Of a DNA stretch of 29,178 nucleotides, positions 26,383 to 29,178 are shown in pieces. Position numbers and translations under genes: made by a program. The notes under the pieces were generated by a model. That model searched no databases and was not told where the DNA came from. It saw only the letters and a list, made by a program, of their open reading frames with translations. Every line of letters starts with the position of its first letter. Within the stretch, counting starts at the first letter, position 1. The stretch comes from a bacterium (GTDB lineage: Bacteria; Bacillota_I; Bacilli_A; RFN20; CAG-826). Where the stretch lies: assembly GCA_963611005.1 (NCBI GenBank), contig CAVDQJ010000006.1, positions 1-29,178 of the forward strand, given 5' to 3'.

Positions 26383-27339
26383 ATGAATTTTGAAGTAAGT
26401 GTAATAGTACCTATACATGGTGTTGGCAAGTTTTTAAATAATTGTTTAGATTCTTTAAATAAGCAAACTTTCAAACTTCCTTATGAAGTTATTTGTGTTA
26501 GTGATAATTGTAACGATAATTCTGATGAAATTATTGATTTTTTTGTTAATAAATATCAAGATAAATTTAAAAAGATTTCTGTATGTAATAAAAATCCTTC
26601 TGATTCTAGAAATGATGGTTTAAAAATTGCTCAAGGGAGGTTTGTTACATTTGTAGATGGTGATGATGCTGTAAGAGAAAGATTTCTTGAAGAACTTTAT
26701 AATCTTCTTGCAAATAGTGATTCTGATATTGGATGTTGTAGTTATTATTTTACTTATGAAGATATGGAAAATAAAAAAAGCAAAGGGTTTGCTTCTTTGT
26801 TTAAAATACATAATGAATGTAGCCCTAAACAAGCAAGAAAAGCTTTATATAATGATGTTAAGATAAGGGGCTACGTTTGGAATAAAATTTTTAGAAAACA
26901 ATTTATAGATGATAATCATATTCGCTTTAACAAAGATTATTTATCTTGTGAAGATTATAATTTTAATTCAATTTGCTTAGCAAAAACAAATAAATCAATT
27001 AAATTCACACCATATAGAGGTAATCTTTATTTTCAAAGGAAAGATTCATTTTTGCATCAATCTAGTCCAGTGAAAATGGCAGACTCTTTTTTAAGAGCAT
27101 ATTCTTTTTTAAGAGCTTATGAAATTTTAAACAAAGTAGATTTAAATACTAAGACAATGTATCATTCTAGAAAATTATTCATTAAGATAGATTTTTTCAA
27201 GAATCATAAACAAATTGATGAATATAAGAAAACAAGAAAACAATTTTTAAATAAACTCAATTCAATTAAAAATGCAAAAGATTTAGAAATTTTTGATCAA
27301 AGCATCATTGAGGATGTAAAAAAATATTCCGATAAATAA
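26383..27339 (+). CDS. Glycosyltransferase family 2 protein (copy 1)
   Basis: VSVIVPIHG, RNDGL..AQG.FVTFVDGDD, VWNKIFR and CEDY. ATG 26383 is preferred over GTG 26356 because it aligns with the paralogue start. Confidence 0.92.
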   Translation: MNFEVSVIVPIHGVGKFLNNCLDSLNKQTFKLPYEVICVSDNCNDNSDEIIDFFVNKYQDKFKKISVCNKNPSDSRNDGLKIAQGRFVTFVDGDDAVRERFLEELYNLLANSDSDIGCCSYYFTYEDMENKKSKGFASLFKIHNECSPKQARKALYNDVKIRGYVWNKIFRKQFIDDNHIRFNKDYLSCEDYNFNSICLAKTNKSIKFTPYRGNLYFQRKDSFLHQSSPVKMADSFLRAYSFLRAYEILNKVDLNTKTMYHSRKLFIKIDFFKNHKQIDEYKKTRKQFLNKLNSIKNAKDLEIFDQSIIEDVKKYSDK

Positions 27340-27361
27340 GAAATTAAATACGACTTTTAAA

Positions 27362-28222
27362 AAATATGATTATCTTATAGTTGGTTGAGGTTCATATGGA
27401 AAAATCATTGCCAATTTTAAAGGTAAGTTTTACCATACGCTATTTAATATGACAATATTTAATGTAATGTGTGAATGACGACAAAAGAAGAAGCTATTGC
27501 TTAAATTGATTCTCAAAAAATAATATTGAAAACCCATCTAACTTAGAAGAACAAGCGATATTGTTAGTGGGTACAGACATTTTTAATACGCTTGTTAAAA
27601 GTTATACTAAAAAAGGGGTGATAAATATGAAAATTTACCTACTTTTATCATTAAAAGACTTATATAAAGATTTGAATATACTAACAATCACTATAACGAT
27701 AAATATCAAAGCATACCAACTTTAGGGTATACAGGATTAGTTAAAAGAATGATTAGAGGAGCTGATGTTATTTTAAATAAGGATTATATTAAAAATAGGG
27801 ATGAATTAAACGCTTTAGCAGATAAAATTAAATATACTGGTCCAATTAATGAATTTTTTAATTATAAGTTTGGAGATTTAGAATATAGATCTTTAAAATT
27901 TGAAACTTTTTAAAGTTGAGTAACCTTATTATCAAAATAACTGCGTAATTAACTATATAGAAAAAGAGATTCCTTATACTAGGGTTTTTGAATATAAGTA
28001 TTTTTTAGATACCAAATTAGATGTTACATATGTTACAAAGGAATATCCTTAAAAATATGAAAAATGATTGTAGGGATATTATCCAATTATTAATGATAGA
28101 AATTACTTTTATATAATAAATATTTAAAAGAAGCTGATAAATATGATAATATTTTCTTTGGAGGAAGACTTGGAAAATATAAATATTTCGATATGGATGA
28201 TGTTATAAAGGAAGCATTTTAA
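27362..28222 (+). pseudogene. glf: UDP-galactopyranose mutase pseudogene
   Basis: Fragments KYDYLIVG*GSYG, IANFKG..Y...FNM, NPSNLEEQAILLVGTDIF, DKYQSIPTLGYT, YTGPINEFFNYKFGDLEYRSLKFE, PYTRVFEYKYF and FGGRLGKYKYFDMDDVI. These are broken by multiple stops and frameshifts and an N-terminal internal deletion. Boundaries are approximate. Confidence 0.9.
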
Positions 28223-28246
28223 TGATTTTGCTAAGTTAAAGTAATT

Positions 28247-29178
28247 ATGGATATAGAAGTAAGTATAATTGTTCCAATTCATGGAGTAGGCGCATATTTA
28301 AATAAATGTCTGCAATCTTTAGTAGATCAAGATTTTGATTTACCTTATGAAGTTATATGTGTTAGTGACAACTGTAATGATAATTCTGATGAAATCATTG
28401 ATTCCTTTATTAAGAAATATCCTAATAAAATTGTAACTATTTCAGTGTGTAATAAAAATCCTTCAGGAACTAGAAATGATGGACTTAAAATTGCTAGAGG
28501 AAAGTATGTTTTGTTTGTTGACGGTGATGATAGTGTTTTAAAAAGTTATATTTCATCTTTATATAATTGTGTTGTTAAGCATGATTTAGATATTGGATGT
28601 GCTAATTTTTATAATGTTGTTGAAGGAAACGAATCTAAATTATTAAAAGAATTTACATCTAATTTTGTTGTTAAAAAAGAATCTAATATTAAAAAAGCTA
28701 GAAAAGCTTTTGCTTTAGATGTTCAGATAAGAGGTTTCGTCTGGAATAAAATTTATAAAAAGCAATTTTTAATTGACAATAACATTGTTTTTAATGAAAC
28801 TATATTACCTTATGAAGATTCTATTTTTAATTTTTTGTGTTTTAATAAAACTAATAAAAATGTTGGTTTTTGTAAATATAGGGGATACTTATATCTTCAA
28901 AGAAAAGTATCTTATACAAAAGGTACAAAACAATTAGTTTTGATGGATTCTATTATCGATGGCGTTACTTTTATAAGAGCTTATGAACTTTTAAATAAGA
29001 CAGATTTTCCTTATAAAAAGTACTATTTTTCTAAGAAATTTTTACTAAAATATAACTTTAAATCTAATAAGAAACAAATTGAAAATTATAGTAGAGTTAA
29101 AAAGGAATATCTAAAGGAATTTAATCGTATAATAAATACCACTGATATCAACTCTTTAAATAAAGATGTTGTCGATAT
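28247..29178 (+). CDS. Glycosyltransferase family 2 protein (copy 2), 3'-truncated by the window edge
   Basis: Not in the ORF track because no stop falls in the window. The frame is open from ATG 28247: MDIEVSIIVPIHG...RNDGLKIARGKYVLFVDGDD...VWNKIYK...YED. Confidence 0.92.
   Translation, partial: MDIEVSIIVPIHGVGAYLNKCLQSLVDQDFDLPYEVICVSDNCNDNSDEIIDSFIKKYPNKIVTISVCNKNPSGTRNDGLKIARGKYVLFVDGDDSVLKSYISSLYNCVVKHDLDIGCANFYNVVEGNESKLLKEFTSNFVVKKESNIKKARKAFALDVQIRGFVWNKIYKKQFLIDNNIVFNETILPYEDSIFNFLCFNKTNKNVGFCKYRGYLYLQRKVSYTKGTKQLVLMDSIIDGVTFIRAYELLNKTDFPYKKYYFSKKFLLKYNFKSNKKQIENYSRVKKEYLKEFNRIINTTDINSLNKDVVD

Noticed and set aside
263..26832. Short antisense ORFs from the track (263-490, 2427-2693, 3050-3292, 12029-12220, 13299-13526, 14841-15158, 19297-19506, 20732-20935, 21430-21708, 22865-23062, 23342-23548, 26620-26832)
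   Set aside because: All lie wholly or almost wholly opposite well-supported genes, have shadow-ORF composition and show no recognisable motifs.
27383..27391. TGA recoding (genetic code 4 or 25) rescuing glf
   Set aside because: The relic also has TAA stops and frameshifts. RF2 is present, Trp is encoded by TGG in intact genes, and TGA terminates prmC and yitT.
1..29178. CRISPR array, tRNA/rRNA, IS, prophage or defence-system genes
   Set aside because: There are no regularly spaced repeats, structured GC-rich RNA segments, transposase, integrase or nuclease ORFs. Almost all of the sequence is accounted for by housekeeping genes.

Overview
This is a very AT-rich bacterial chromosomal segment. 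Gene content and order resemble Bacillota/Bacilli, possibly a small-genome Mollicutes-like lineage (inference). It uses the standard code: TGA acts as a stop and both RF1 and RF2 are encoded. Most genes are housekeeping: asnA (5'-truncated), CIRCE-preceded htpG, a CatA-like acetyltransferase, pyrG, an RluA-family synthase, a DUF1538 membrane protein with two PII-like proteins, a minus-strand dnaX-ybaB-recR-tmk-holB-ricT-rsmI operon, prfA-prmC-tsaC-rpiB, comFA-comFC, secA-prfB-yitT-uvrB, and two paralogous GT2 glycosyltransferases flanking a decayed glf. I saw no mobile elements, CRISPR arrays, rRNA or tRNA. The main points of interest are five. (1) comFA extends about 129 codons upstream of the called ORF, has no canonical start, and appears to begin at ATT behind a Shine-Dalgarno (SD) that is buried in a terminator hairpin. 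(2) The DUF1538 plus tandem PII-like module is uncharacterised. (3) The prfB +1 frameshift site lacks the usual stimulatory SD. (4) Several genes appear to be leaderless. (5) Perfect palindromes overlap the secA and prfA promoter regions.
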